Origin: an uncultured bacterium
GTDB lineage: Bacteria > Krumholzibacteriota > Krumholzibacteriia > LZORAL124-64-63
Reading direction: 5' to 3'
Length of the DNA stretch: 64,000 bases
NCBI GenBank assembly: GCA_963727525.1
Contig: CAVSGO010000003.1
Location: 256,001-320,000 of the forward strand
The position numbers were made by a program, and so were the translations under genes. The notes below the pieces were generated by a model. The model was not told the origin of the DNA, did not search any database, and saw nothing but the letters and a program-made list of their open reading frames with translations. This document shows, piece by piece, positions 47,301-56,704 of this stretch. How positions within the stretch are numbered: position 1 is the first letter of the stretch; every line of letters begins with the position of its first letter.

Positions 47301-49484
47301 TTGTACCGCAACTGGCACCTGCCCAGCGACGGCGGTCCCGGCAACATGATCTGCGCGTTCTGGGACGACCTCGCCAACGGCACGATCTACACCTACAACG
47401 ACACGGCGCAGCACCGTTTCGTCGTGCAGTGGACCGGCTGGCGCACCAAGTCGGGCAGCGGTTTCACGGGCAACAATACGTTCCAGATCATCCTCTACGA
47501 TCCCGCATTCTATCCCACGTCGACAGGCGACGGTCCCGTCGTACTGCAGTACAATGCGGTGACGGTGGTCGGTGACGAGACGACCTATTTCACTACCGGC
47601 ATCCAGAACGAGGATCGCACCGACGGCCTCACCTACGCTTACGGCAATCACTACGCAGGTGGTGCGGCCGAGCTCGAGCCGGGTCGTGCCATCGCCTTCC
47701 GTCCCGTGGTGCCCTTGCCACACGGCGACCTCGCGGGGCTCGTCACCAATGCCTCCGGCGGCACCGGCACGCCGGTACCCGACGCGATCATCACGGTGCT
47801 GGGCACCAACGCGAACCTGTCCACGGGCGACGACGGTCGCTATGTGGGCAGCATCCCGGTGGGCACCTGGGATCTCGCGTGCCAGCACGACGGTTTCGCG
47901 CCCGACACCACCCGCAGCGTGATGATCGCCGCCGACCAGGTCACAGAGGTGGACTTCGCGCTCACCGACATCGGTGGGCCGTCGTTCCTCAATACCACCA
48001 ACCTCTCCAACACGACGGACACGACGGGCCCGTACGTCGTGGAGAGCGCGATCACCGACTTCACGGGCGTCGCCGATCGGCACATGTATTACACGTCGTC
48101 GGTCACCGGCGGACCGTTCGAGGTGTCCCTCACCATCGTGGATCCGCAGACCGGCCTCGTGCGCGGCGAGATCCCCGGCCAGCCCGTCGGCACCCGCATC
48201 CAGTACTGGCTCACGGCCGCCGACGTGCTCGGCTACGAGTCGTCCGATCCGGCAGGGGCGCCGTGGCCGGTGTACAGCTTCCAGATCGTGCTCACGTCTC
48301 AGGTCATTACCGACAACATGGAGACGGGCCTCGGCTGGCAGACCAACGCGGAGGGCCTCGATACGGCCTCGTCCGGCCTCTGGACCCGCGTCGACCCCAA
48401 CCAGGTGCTCACCATGCCCGGCGGTCTGACCGTGGTGCCGGGCAACGATCATACCCCTGGTTCGGGAATCTACTGCTGGGTCACCGGCCAGGATGCCGAC
48501 GGCGCCGTGCAGGGCGGCAACGATGTCGATGGCGGTGCGACGACGCTCTACAGCCCGGTCTACGATCTTTCCGGCTACGACAGCGCCCGCCTCAGCTACT
48601 GGCGCTGGTACACCAACGACACCGGCGGCAACGTGGACGACTGGTGGTACGTGCAGGTGAGAAGCGGCTCGTCGCCCTGGGTTCCGCTCGAACACATGCA
48701 GACCAGTCAGCGCGCCTGGGTGCAGCAGACCTTCGCCCTCGAGAACTACATTCCGTTGACGTCGGGCGTGCAACTCCGGTTCGTCGCCGAGGACCACGGC
48801 GCCGAATCGATCGTCGAGGCCCTGATCGACGACCTCTCCATCGATGCCAACGAGCTGGTGACCGATCTGGCGGTCCCCACCGTCATCCTCACCGCTCCCA
48901 ACGGCGGCCAGACGTTCCACGCGAACGAGCCGGTCGCCGTGACCTGGAACGCCACCGACGACATCGGCGTGGTGCAGGCCCAGCTCACCTTTGTCGAGAC
49001 CGGCGGCCTGGTCCGCGACGTGGCCACGGGCCCATTCAACGGCAGCTACACCTTCGTGTGGTCGGAGCACTTCGGTTCGCTCACGCAACCCACGAGCGGC
49101 CGCTTCCGCGTGACGGTGTTCGACGGCGCTCAGCACCAGGCCACCGACACCGCCGATGGCGACGTGGCCTTTGATGTCTCCACCGGCATCGACGACCTGT
49201 TGCCGTCCGTGGTCTCGCTGGCCCAGAACCAGCCCAACCCCTTCAACCCACGCACGACCATCCATTTCAGCGTGCCGCGCACCCAGGAGATCTCGGTGCA
49301 GATCTTCGACCTGCAAGGCAAGCTGGTGCGCACGCTCGTGCACGGCCTGCAGGCCCCGGGCGACCACGCCGTCACCTGGCAGGGCCAGGACGACCGCGGC
49401 GTCCAGGCCGCCAGTGGCATGTACTTCTACCGCCTCACCAGCGAGGAGGGGCAACAGACGCGCAAGATGCTGCTGTTGAAGTAG
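44352..49484 (+). CDS. C25 (gingipain-like) peptidase with propeptide, accessory domains and FlgD-Ig C-terminal domain
   Basis: PGEPMLP propeptide, YLMI, LVGD, IHIGRIS, FTYRGY, VMTCGTG, NLMGDP; QNQPNPFNP...ASGMYFYRL tail. Confidence 0.88.
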   Translation: MMPRLKLVVPILVLVACALPVLAADDATQPLSLSPRGEVAPPVVKVLAQRPGAMSLELDVTSLDVADVTIDGRAYQAMTLTDGGTLGEPGEPMLPTVTRLVAVPAGVGVRLTVTGKDMAPLPSTSLAPVQPVLDGSRGEAAPVATASVYAAAPRREATASVGEPALVRGIRVVPVTFSPVSYDPRTGELAVARTLTVDLTFAGRDTRNDPTGAPHAIPESFARMYEQEIIGYERSGDVAEGPGSYLMICPSDPAVVAAVQPLVEWRRRQGYNVVLATTAETGTTTTTIKDYIQNAYDTYDPPLEFVSLVGDGAGSLSLPTFHESLSGYNGEGDHPYTLLDGNDPLADIHIGRISVTSVSELQLVIAKIVQYESDPDMSETNWFTTAGVTGDPSASGYSTVWCQQFVKESLQHLGYTRVDTIFGGDYATQMFNTINNGETLFTYRGYIGMSGFNTGYITALGNQRQLPFAIVMTCGTGSFASETTCRSEAFLRATNGGGVAAIGTATTGTHTRYNNCIFLGTAHGVLNTGEYRVGPALTRGKLNLYKNYEVNEPDRVVIWSYWNNLMGDPATEIFTGVPQIPTVTYSANVASGANALPVTVAVGAAPLAGARVTVVQAGNLRATGTTDAAGQIVLPLAGAVDGVLQVTVTKHNLKPYLGSCTMGAVSASLDYSALQVSESSGNGDDVANPGESLLLNVQLTNHGGNSLSGVVATLSCPLSYVHITAATRSFGTLAGGASAWSQGTYALGLDVDAPGGRTIPLRLDATSGAQTWTSLVDLDVTGPRATIASLTYGGPGGTLDPGESGTIVLTLTNDGNLATSGATATLLCDSDWITVGDPNGAFGAIPPGGMGAQTNSFTVSVTTDCYPGHLANFQVALQFAEGGVDTLEFQEVVGTSQPGDPSGPDMHGYYAFDNEDTDVNAPTFAWSDITALGQNTGIVDNSLYDDDTKTLDLPFTFVFYGKPQNKVSICSNGWLAFGTTYQRLYRNWHLPSDGGPGNMICAFWDDLANGTIYTYNDTAQHRFVVQWTGWRTKSGSGFTGNNTFQIILYDPAFYPTSTGDGPVVLQYNAVTVVGDETTYFTTGIQNEDRTDGLTYAYGNHYAGGAAELEPGRAIAFRPVVPLPHGDLAGLVTNASGGTGTPVPDAIITVLGTNANLSTGDDGRYVGSIPVGTWDLACQHDGFAPDTTRSVMIAADQVTEVDFALTDIGGPSFLNTTNLSNTTDTTGPYVVESAITDFTGVADRHMYYTSSVTGGPFEVSLTIVDPQTGLVRGEIPGQPVGTRIQYWLTAADVLGYESSDPAGAPWPVYSFQIVLTSQVITDNMETGLGWQTNAEGLDTASSGLWTRVDPNQVLTMPGGLTVVPGNDHTPGSGIYCWVTGQDADGAVQGGNDVDGGATTLYSPVYDLSGYDSARLSYWRWYTNDTGGNVDDWWYVQVRSGSSPWVPLEHMQTSQRAWVQQTFALENYIPLTSGVQLRFVAEDHGAESIVEALIDDLSIDANELVTDLAVPTVILTAPNGGQTFHANEPVAVTWNATDDIGVVQAQLTFVETGGLVRDVATGPFNGSYTFVWSEHFGSLTQPTSGRFRVTVFDGAQHQATDTADGDVAFDVSTGIDDLLPSVVSLAQNQPNPFNPRTTIHFSVPRTQEISVQIFDLQGKLVRTLVHGLQAPGDHAVTWQGQDDRGVQAASGMYFYRLTSEEGQQTRKMLLLK

Positions 49485-49508
49485 CGCTGATACTGGCCGA
49501 GACAGAGC

Positions 49509-49535
49509 AAGCCGGGGCCCTCAAGGCCCCGGCTT
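49509..49535. terminator. Hairpin between convergent genes
   Basis: AAGCCGGGGCC-CTCAA-GGCCCCGGCTT. Confidence 0.65.
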
Positions 49536-49582
49536 CATTACGCCAGGCGCCGGCCTCGGAGCCGTGCGCCGCACGCGTGATT

Positions 49583-50692
49583 TCAGGGCGCCGATTTCCC
49601 GTAGGAAATCCGCCAGATCCGCCCGCCATAGTCGTCGCTTACAAGCAGCGAGCCGTCCGGCAGCGTGAGCAGGTCGACCGGACGCCCACTCACGTCGTCG
49701 CCGCGGAGCCAGCCGGTGACGAAGTCCTCATCGCTGGTGACTTTCGCCCCAGTACGACGGACGAGGCGGACTCGGTAGCCGATCTTCTGGCTGCGATTCC
49801 AGGAGCCGTGCTCGGCGATGAAGATCTGGCCGCGGTACTCGGGCGGGAACATCGTCCCCTCGTAGAACTCGAGACCGAGAGCGGCCACGTGGGCCCCCAG
49901 CTCGGCCACCGGCGGCGTCCATTCGAGGCCGGCTGGCATGCGGTCGTAGAACTCAGGGTCGTGGACCCCGGCCGCATGGACGAACGGATAACCGAAGTGC
50001 AGACCCGCGACCGGTGCGCGGTTCAGCTCGTCGGACGGTACGTCGTCCCCGAGATTGTCGCGGCCATTATCGGTGAACCACATCACACCGGTCTGCGGCT
50101 CCCAGGCGAACCCCACGGTGTTGCGGATCCCGTGCGCGAAGATCTCGCGGTCGCTGCCGTCGGGATTCATGCGCGTGATCGACGCGAAGATCGGATCGTC
50201 CGACAGGCAGATGTTGCACGGCGCCCCCACGGGCACGTAGAGCTTACCGTCCGGCCCGAACGCAATGTATTTCCAGCCATGATGGCGCGCCGTGGGGAAG
50301 TCGTCTCGCACGACGACGGGCGCGGGCGGGGCATCGAGGTGGGCCCCGATCTCCGGGTAGCGTGTCACCCGCGAGATCTCCGCCACATAGAGGTCGCCGT
50401 CGTGCATCGCCACCCCGTTGGGCGAGTCGATGTCCGACGCGATCGTGATCACACGCTCGGCGATCATGTCGCCATCCTCGTCACGCACCGCATACACCTT
50501 GCCCGCACCCTGTGAACCCACGTAGACAGTGCCGTCGCCACCCAGGGCCATCGACCGGGCGCCGGGGACCTCGGCCCAGACCGCGATGGAGAAGCCGGGA
50601 GGGAGGTGGAGGTCGGCGGTGGGGGCCTCGGCGGTGGCGGCGTGGCGGCAGGAGGGGGAGGTGAGCATGATTCCCACCACCAGAACCCCCAT
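49583..50692 (-). CDS. Glucose/sorbosone dehydrogenase (PQQ-dependent beta-propeller) family protein, exported
   Basis: HHGWKYIAFGPDGKLYVPVGAPCNIC, GIRNTVG, AHVAALG, EHGSWNR, GRPVD. Confidence 0.9.
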   Translation of the reverse strand: MGVLVVGIMLTSPSCRHAATAEAPTADLHLPPGFSIAVWAEVPGARSMALGGDGTVYVGSQGAGKVYAVRDEDGDMIAERVITIASDIDSPNGVAMHDGDLYVAEISRVTRYPEIGAHLDAPPAPVVVRDDFPTARHHGWKYIAFGPDGKLYVPVGAPCNICLSDDPIFASITRMNPDGSDREIFAHGIRNTVGFAWEPQTGVMWFTDNGRDNLGDDVPSDELNRAPVAGLHFGYPFVHAAGVHDPEFYDRMPAGLEWTPPVAELGAHVAALGLEFYEGTMFPPEYRGQIFIAEHGSWNRSQKIGYRVRLVRRTGAKVTSDEDFVTGWLRGDDVSGRPVDLLTLPDGSLLVSDDYGGRIWRISYGKSAP

Positions 50693-50851
50693 TATGCGTC
50701 CTCCAGGTTGTGCCTCGAAGATTGTTGAACGCGCCCGCCGACGGATCATTTCGATATTAAACACATGAAACCTCGTCGTTCTTGGGTCGCCTACGTTGGT
50801 AATCGGCCATTTTCTAGCCGTTTCGGCCCCCTCAACATTCTTCCAGGCACG

Positions 50852-51526
50852 TCAAGTGTGCCGCCGAATGGGGAGGCGGCGGAGGCGTTCGCAGTGCCGC
50901 ATCCCCTCGTATTCCCCACTCACCTCCTCCTTCACGAACGTCGCCATCTTCTCGAAATCCGGGAACTGCGACGCGTGGCACGCGAGTAGCTCCAGCTTCT
51001 CGCCGATCACCTCCGAGATGTCGACGAACGTGTCGGGCTGGTGGCTGCCGAAGAAGAGCATCTCTTCCGTGGCGTGCGTTTCGCCGGGGTACATCCAGCG
51101 ATTGCGGGCGGCGAACACCGCGTCGAAGACGGCCACGGCAGCGGCGCGATGGTCGCGATGGAAGAGGTTGAGGTCGTCGAACATCTGGTTCGCCGGGTCG
51201 AAGCTGTAGACGGCGCGCGGCCTGGTGCGGCGGATCACCGCCACGAGGTGGGCGCGGAGGTCCTCGGTGGGCTCGAGAAAGCCGTCGCGGTACCCGAGGA
51301 ACACCACCTCGCCGAGGCCGAGCTTCGCGGCGGCTTCGCGTTGCTCCTGCTGGCGGATGGCGATGCGCTGGGCTGGCGGAAGGTCGGCGGTCTTGAAACC
51401 GTTTTCGCCGTTGGTGATCACCACCAAGGTGCCGGTCCAGCCCTCGCGCAGGCGCAGGATCAAGGTGCCGGTGCAGACGAACTCGGCGTCGTCGGGATGG
51501 GCGCTCACGCAGAGGAAGTGCGGCAT
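50852..51526 (-). CDS. PIG-L/LmbE family deacetylase
   Basis: SAHPDDAE, HRDH, CHASQ. Confidence 0.9.
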   Translation of the reverse strand: MPHFLCVSAHPDDAEFVCTGTLILRLREGWTGTLVVITNGENGFKTADLPPAQRIAIRQQEQREAAAKLGLGEVVFLGYRDGFLEPTEDLRAHLVAVIRRTRPRAVYSFDPANQMFDDLNLFHRDHRAAAVAVFDAVFAARNRWMYPGETHATEEMLFFGSHQPDTFVDISEVIGEKLELLACHASQFPDFEKMATFVKEEVSGEYEGMRHCERLRRLPIRRHT

Positions 51527-51533
51527 CGGTGTC

Positions 51534-51734
51534 TCATTCCCAGGGCTTCGTGTGGCCGCTGTGGGACCAGCGCACCATGAAGACGATGGTCAGACCTAGG
51601 GCGATCAAGAAGAATACGAGGTCGACGACGAAATCGTCGTCGGTGAGCAGATCGTGGAACTGGACGGCTGTCAGCAGGGCCGACACGAGGCCCAGCGCGA
51701 ACCAGATTCCGACACCCGGGGTTCGATCGGCCAT
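51534..51734 (-). CDS. Small two-TM membrane protein
   Basis: GGAGG RBS; two hydrophobic segments; 7 nt from the PIG-L start. Confidence 0.6.
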   Translation of the reverse strand: MADRTPGVGIWFALGLVSALLTAVQFHDLLTDDDFVVDLVFFLIALGLTIVFMVRWSHSGHTKPWE

Positions 51735-51865
51735 CGCCTACCTCCAGGACACAGCTTACGGCGGTGGGCAGCGGTCGCCAGCGTCCGAGGTTGCCGGGCC
51801 ACGAACTTGGGTGTTTCCTGACACGCGATCGTGTTGACGTCGTTGCCGCAACGAGGGAGGTTCCC

Positions 51866-52324
51866 ATGTCCGTCGGCAAGAAAGCCCCGGCCTTCACCCT
51901 GTCCGACCAGGAAGGCAGGATGGTCAGGCTGAGCGATTTCACGGGAAAGACGATCGTGCTCTTCGCCTACCCGAAGGCGGCCACCTCGGGCTGAACCGTC
52001 CAGGCGAGCGGTTTCCGCGATCATCACGCGGAGATCGAGGCGGCCGGTGCGGTCGTCCTGGGCATCAGTCCCGACTCCGTGGCCACGCTCAAGAAGTGGC
52101 ACGACAAGCAGGCTTTTCCCTACGATCTCCTGTCCGACGTGGACCACGCGGTGCTCGCCAGGCTCGGTGCGTGGGGGGAGAAATCGATGTATGGAAAGAA
52201 GTACGAGGGCGTGATCCGCAGCCACTGGATCATTGGTCCCGACGGCAAGATTCTCGACGAGCAGCTGAAGATCAGTCCCAAGGACAGCGTGGCGAAGGCC
52301 GTGGCGTTTCTCACGTCGGTCTGA
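51866..52324 (+). CDS. bcp: BCP/PrxQ peroxiredoxin, selenoprotein (Sec43)
   Basis: GGAGG RBS; YPKAATSG-TGA(51992)-TVQA, with UGA at the peroxidatic Cys of PxxxTxxC; frame continues VLGISPD, LLSD, WGEKSMYGK. Confidence 0.9.
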
Positions 52325-52364
52325 GAGGTTGCGGTGATCGGTCTGGATGCCGTACAATGAGGGT

Positions 52365-52628
52365 GTTCGATTCGCACCACGGTGCGGCGGATCCTGCGGC
52401 CGGGGCGGTCAAGGGGTCCGGGCGAGGTGGGACTCGCCGAGAACGACACGCCCGGTGAGGAGGTGATCCAGTGAGTTCTGATAGACATGGCTCAGTGGAG
52501 GTGGTGTCCCCGCGCTAGAGGGGCCTTCTCCAGTTCGACTGGCCAGGGAGCCCCGAGTGGGGTCAACCCAACGCCACCGATACTGAACCGACCGGGCGCC
52601 GTCGCTGGACCAGCGGCGGCGCCTTCTT
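52365..52628 (+). ncRNA. Candidate small RNA or micro-ORF transcript
   Basis: TTGCGG-N18-TACAAT promoter (52329-52358); 13-bp hairpin plus TTCTT at 52595-52628; internal AGGAGGTGATCCAG and 15-codon ORF 52471-52518. Confidence 0.4.
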
Positions 52629-52760
52629 GCTACGGGAGTACCGAACGCCCAACGGACCTTGACCGTGAAGGGGGCCAGGGAGATACTGCCGGGTGGCGAT
52701 CGGGCGTGTCGACCGGCGACGGGAGACGCGTCGCGAGCTACAGGAAGGTGGTGGCCACCG

Positions 52761-54350
52761 ATGATCCGGTTCCCAGGGTCCGCTCTCAGTAGGCGCGCGT
52801 CCTTCGTATTGCTCGGCTGGATCGTCCTCGCAGCCTTCCCGGGATGCGCGACCGATCACGATGCCGCGCATGCTGCCGCAGCCGCCTCGACGCTCCGGAC
52901 AACCCCGCAGACACCGCCCAGCGAGCCCCGGCCGCCCGTCACGGTGACACCCCAGCAGAGCTGGGACGACGCGATCCTCTACTTCGTCATTCTCGATCGC
53001 TTCGTCGATGGCGACCCGACCAACGACACGAATGTCGAGCTCGGGGGCAAGGGCACGTTCCACGGCGGCGATCTCGCCGGTCTCATCGCCAGGCTCGACG
53101 AGATCTCGTCCCTGGGGGCCACCGCGCTGTGGGTGACGCCGGTGGTCACCCAGATTCCGGGCTTCGTATCGGGAGCCGGATTCCCGGATTGGCCGTACCA
53201 CGGCTACTGGGCCGACGACTTCCAGACCGTCGACCCGCGCTTCGGCACCGAGGCCCAGCTCAAGCTGCTGGCCGACGCCTGCCACGCGCGGGGCATGAAG
53301 CTGCTGCTCGATGTCGTCTACAACCACTGCGGCTACGACTCGCACTATATCAAGGACAAGGGCCGTGCCTGGCTGCGCTTCGGGAGCCAGTGCGGCAACG
53401 ACGACCTCACGATGTGCCTGTCGGGTTTGCCCGACTTCAAGACCGAGAATCCCGAGGTGCGCGACTACCTGATGGATGCCCACCTCGGGCGTGCCAGGCG
53501 CACCGGAATCGACGGCTTCCGTCTCGACACGGTGAAGCACGTCTCACACGACTTCTGGGACGAGCACCGACGCCGCACGCGCACCGAGCTGGGCCACGAC
53601 TTCTTCCTGATCGGCGAAGTCTGGGGCGGGGACGCGCAGAACCTCGATCCCTGGTTCGAGCCCGACGAGATGGACGCGGGCTTCGACTTCGGTTTCCAGG
53701 GAAGCGTCACCGGCTTCCTGCTCGGCCGCGGCCGTCCCGTGGCCTTCGACCATTACCTCGAGAGACGCGAGAACGTGCGCGCCGGCCACTACCTGAGCGA
53801 CTATCTCTCGAGCCACGACACCGACGGCGCGCTTTTCACGCTGCATGGCGACAAGGACCTCTACCGCCTGGCCGTGGTGCTCCAGATGACGGCGAAGGGG
53901 ATCCCGTGCATCTTCTACGGCGAGGAGGTCGGGCGCCATATCGGCACCTGGCCCGAGAACCGTACCGACATGCCGTGGGGGAACACCGGCATCCTGCCGG
54001 GGGCCGGCGTGGCGCGCGACGAGGACCTGCGTACCTTCTATCGAAAGGTGATCGCGCTCCGGCGCGCACATCCGTCCCTGTGGCGGGGGACCCGCGAGGG
54101 GCTCGATTTCGGCAAGGACCATCTCGTGTTCGCACGCACCGATACGCTCGGTAGCGACGCCGTCGTGGTGGCGGTGAACCGCGGTGACACCAAGGCCACG
54201 GCCACGGTGGCGTCCCTTGCGGCGTGGGGGGGACATCCGGCACTGATCGACTACCTCACCGGGACGCCCTGCGCTGTCGCGGACGGCAAGGTGAATCTGA
54301 CGCTGGCGCCGCGTTCCGCGCAGATCGTGGGACCGGGGCCGCAACGCTAG
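52761..54350 (+). CDS. GH13 alpha-amylase, lipoprotein
   Basis: AFPGC lipobox-like; [28 protein letters not shown]. Confidence 0.92.
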   Translation: MIRFPGSALSRRASFVLLGWIVLAAFPGCATDHDAAHAAAAASTLRTTPQTPPSEPRPPVTVTPQQSWDDAILYFVILDRFVDGDPTNDTNVELGGKGTFHGGDLAGLIARLDEISSLGATALWVTPVVTQIPGFVSGAGFPDWPYHGYWADDFQTVDPRFGTEAQLKLLADACHARGMKLLLDVVYNHCGYDSHYIKDKGRAWLRFGSQCGNDDLTMCLSGLPDFKTENPEVRDYLMDAHLGRARRTGIDGFRLDTVKHVSHDFWDEHRRRTRTELGHDFFLIGEVWGGDAQNLDPWFEPDEMDAGFDFGFQGSVTGFLLGRGRPVAFDHYLERRENVRAGHYLSDYLSSHDTDGALFTLHGDKDLYRLAVVLQMTAKGIPCIFYGEEVGRHIGTWPENRTDMPWGNTGILPGAGVARDEDLRTFYRKVIALRRAHPSLWRGTREGLDFGKDHLVFARTDTLGSDAVVVAVNRGDTKATATVASLAAWGGHPALIDYLTGTPCAVADGKVNLTLAPRSAQIVGPGPQR

Positions 54351-54366
54351 CAGGAGGGAAGTCCCG

Positions 54367-55467
54367 ATGGCCGGGGTCGTCTTCGAGGGTATCCGGAAAT
54401 GCTACGGCGATGTCGAGGTTATCAAGAAGCTCGACCTCGAGGTCGAAGACCACGAGTTCATGGTGCTCGTGGGGCCCTCGGGCTGCGGCAAGTCGACGGC
54501 TTTGCGCATGATCGCCGGCCTCGAGGAGATCACCGACGGCGTGGTGCGCATCGGCGATCGGGTGGTGAACGATCTGCCGCCCAAGGACCGCGACATCGCC
54601 ATGGTCTTTCAGAGCTATGCGCTCTACCCGCATATGTCGGTGCGGGAGAACATGGATTTCGGGCTGCGCATCCGCAAGATGGACCGCGGCGAGATCGACC
54701 GGCGCGTGAACGATGCCGCGCAGATCCTGGGCATCGAGGACTACCTTGATCGCAAACCGCGCCATCTCTCCGGCGGTCAGCGCCAGCGCGTGGCCGTGGG
54801 ACGGGCCATCGTGCGGCAGCCGGCGGTCTTCCTCTTCGATGAGCCGCTGTCGAATCTCGACGCCAAGTTGCGCGTGCAGATGCGTGCCGAGATCACGGGA
54901 CTGCAGCGCCGTCTCAAGACCACCACCGTATATGTGACCCATGATCAGGTCGAAGCCATGACGATGGGCTCGCGCATCGCCGTGCTCAACGCCGGCGATC
55001 TCCAGCAGGTGGGTGCACCTCTCGAGCTGTATGATCGTCCGGCCAACCTCTTCGTGGCGCGCTTCATCGGCACGCCGCCCATGAACATCATGCGCGCCCA
55101 GGTGTCCGGCGGCGGTACGCGGGTGAAAGGGACGGGATTCGAGCTGGGTCTGGTGGAGCCGCTGCGCGGGCTCGTGCGCGGTGGAGACGGGCAAGAGGTC
55201 TACGTGGGCGTTCGCCCGGAGAATCTATGCATCAAGTCCGCCGCCGGGAACGGTCAGCCGGCGACGGTGCGCGTGAAGGTGGAACTGGTGGAAACCCTGG
55301 GCCACGAAGTGCAGGTGCACGGTCGTTGTGGCGACAACCTGCTGGTGGCCAAGGTCGATCCCCACGACAAGCCCGAGATCGAGAGCGATATCGACCTTTC
55401 CGTGGATCTCGGGACCCTGCAACTCTTCGACGCCGACAGCGAGCGGCGTCTGCAGCAAGGAGTATGA
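54367..55467 (+). CDS. malK: Sugar ABC transporter ATPase (MalK/MsmX)
   Basis: [35 protein letters not shown]. Confidence 0.93.
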   Translation: MAGVVFEGIRKCYGDVEVIKKLDLEVEDHEFMVLVGPSGCGKSTALRMIAGLEEITDGVVRIGDRVVNDLPPKDRDIAMVFQSYALYPHMSVRENMDFGLRIRKMDRGEIDRRVNDAAQILGIEDYLDRKPRHLSGGQRQRVAVGRAIVRQPAVFLFDEPLSNLDAKLRVQMRAEITGLQRRLKTTTVYVTHDQVEAMTMGSRIAVLNAGDLQQVGAPLELYDRPANLFVARFIGTPPMNIMRAQVSGGGTRVKGTGFELGLVEPLRGLVRGGDGQEVYVGVRPENLCIKSAAGNGQPATVRVKVELVETLGHEVQVHGRCGDNLLVAKVDPHDKPEIESDIDLSVDLGTLQLFDADSERRLQQGV

Positions 55468-55470
55468 ACG

Positions 55471-56697
55471 ATGATGAAGAACGGTGCCGGCTGGTCGCTC
55501 GTCGTGGCACTGGCCCTGGTCGTCGGGAACGTCGCCGGTGACGTTGCGTTCGCGCAGACGCCACTCGTGGTCTGGCACGCGTACCGTGGCAAGGAGAAGG
55601 CGGCCTTCGAACAGGTGGTGGCCGAATTCAATGCCGCCAACCCCAGGATCCACGTCTCGCCACTGGCCGTCCCATACGATGCCTACGCCGACAAGATCAG
55701 CGCCGCCGTACCGCGCGGTAAGGGGCCCGACGTGTTCATCTACGCCCAGGACCGCCTCGGCGGCTGGGTGGAGGCGGGCGGCACCGTCGAACCTATCGAC
55801 TTTTACATCGACGATACCGTGACGAAACGGTTCATCCCTACCACGCTCGCTGCGATGACGTACCAGGGCAACGTCTGCGGGCTGCCGCTCAATTTCAAGG
55901 TGCTCACGATGTTCTACAACAAGAAGCTCGTGAGCACGCCTCCGAAGACCAGCGGCGAGCTGGTGAAGGTGGCCCGGTCGCTCACCGACGCCAACGCCGG
56001 CCGCTTCGGCCTCGCCTACTGGTACAGCGACTTCTATTACCACTCGGCGCTCATGAACGCGTTCGGCGGCGGTGTCTTCGGGCCCGGCAAGGTGCCCACG
56101 ATGAACACGCCGCAGAACGTGAAGTCCATGGAACTGCTGCTCAAGTGGCTGAACACGGACAAGATCCTGCCTGCCGAGCCATCGACGAGCCTCATCACCG
56201 AGCTCTTCAACAAGGGCAACACGGGCATCGTGTTCTCGGGGCCGTGGTTCCTGGCCGAGGTCGCCGACGACGTCGACTTCGGCCTGGCGTTGCTGCCCAC
56301 CATCGACGAGGCCGGCGGCGCGCCCATGAAACCGTGGATGACGGTGGAAGGCGCCTACATCGCGGAACCGAGTGCGCACAAGGACGAGGCCTACGCCTTC
56401 ATCTCCTACCTCACCGACGTCGCGGCGGCGCGCGTCATGGCGCTGCAAGGCCGGCAGACGCCCGCCAACATCATGATCTACGACGATCCGCAGGTGGCGG
56501 CCGATCCCGTGCTGCAAGCGTTTCGCAAGCAGGTGGAGAATGCGATCCCGATGCCGAACTACGCCGAGATGACGATGGTCTGGTCGCCCGCGACCACGGC
56601 GATGAACAGCGTCGTGCGCGGGGCAGCGACGCCGCAGGCCGCACTCGATCAGGCGCAGAAAGAAGTCGTGGAACGGATCTCCAGTCTGCGGAAGTGA
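55471..56697 (+). CDS. malE: Maltose/maltodextrin-binding protein
   Basis: Signal peptide; GPDVFIYAQDRLG, FSGPW, PMPN..EM..VW. Confidence 0.85.
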   Translation: MMKNGAGWSLVVALALVVGNVAGDVAFAQTPLVVWHAYRGKEKAAFEQVVAEFNAANPRIHVSPLAVPYDAYADKISAAVPRGKGPDVFIYAQDRLGGWVEAGGTVEPIDFYIDDTVTKRFIPTTLAAMTYQGNVCGLPLNFKVLTMFYNKKLVSTPPKTSGELVKVARSLTDANAGRFGLAYWYSDFYYHSALMNAFGGGVFGPGKVPTMNTPQNVKSMELLLKWLNTDKILPAEPSTSLITELFNKGNTGIVFSGPWFLAEVADDVDFGLALLPTIDEAGGAPMKPWMTVEGAYIAEPSAHKDEAYAFISYLTDVAAARVMALQGRQTPANIMIYDDPQVAADPVLQAFRKQVENAIPMPNYAEMTMVWSPATTAMNSVVRGAATPQAALDQAQKEVVERISSLRK

Positions 56698-56704
56698 ACA
56701 GACG

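Noticed and set aside
45927-49454. Long antisense or shifted-frame ORFs (also 12961-15303, 27115-29073, 33241-35163, 60291-62690)
   Set aside because: Shadows of real genes in high-GC DNA, with no motifs of their own
21153-51994. Genome-wide UGA reassignment (Trp or Gly) as the cause of the in-frame TGAs
   Set aside because: TGA ends many genes here (6073, 17442, 43041, 59540), and the BCP TGA sits at a catalytic Cys column
52360-52385. tRNA or tmRNA suggested by GTTCGATTC
   Set aside because: No cloverleaf or acceptor stem can be built around it
52458-52471. 16S rRNA gene fragment on the minus strand
   Set aside because: Match limited to 14 nt; flanks do not resemble 16S
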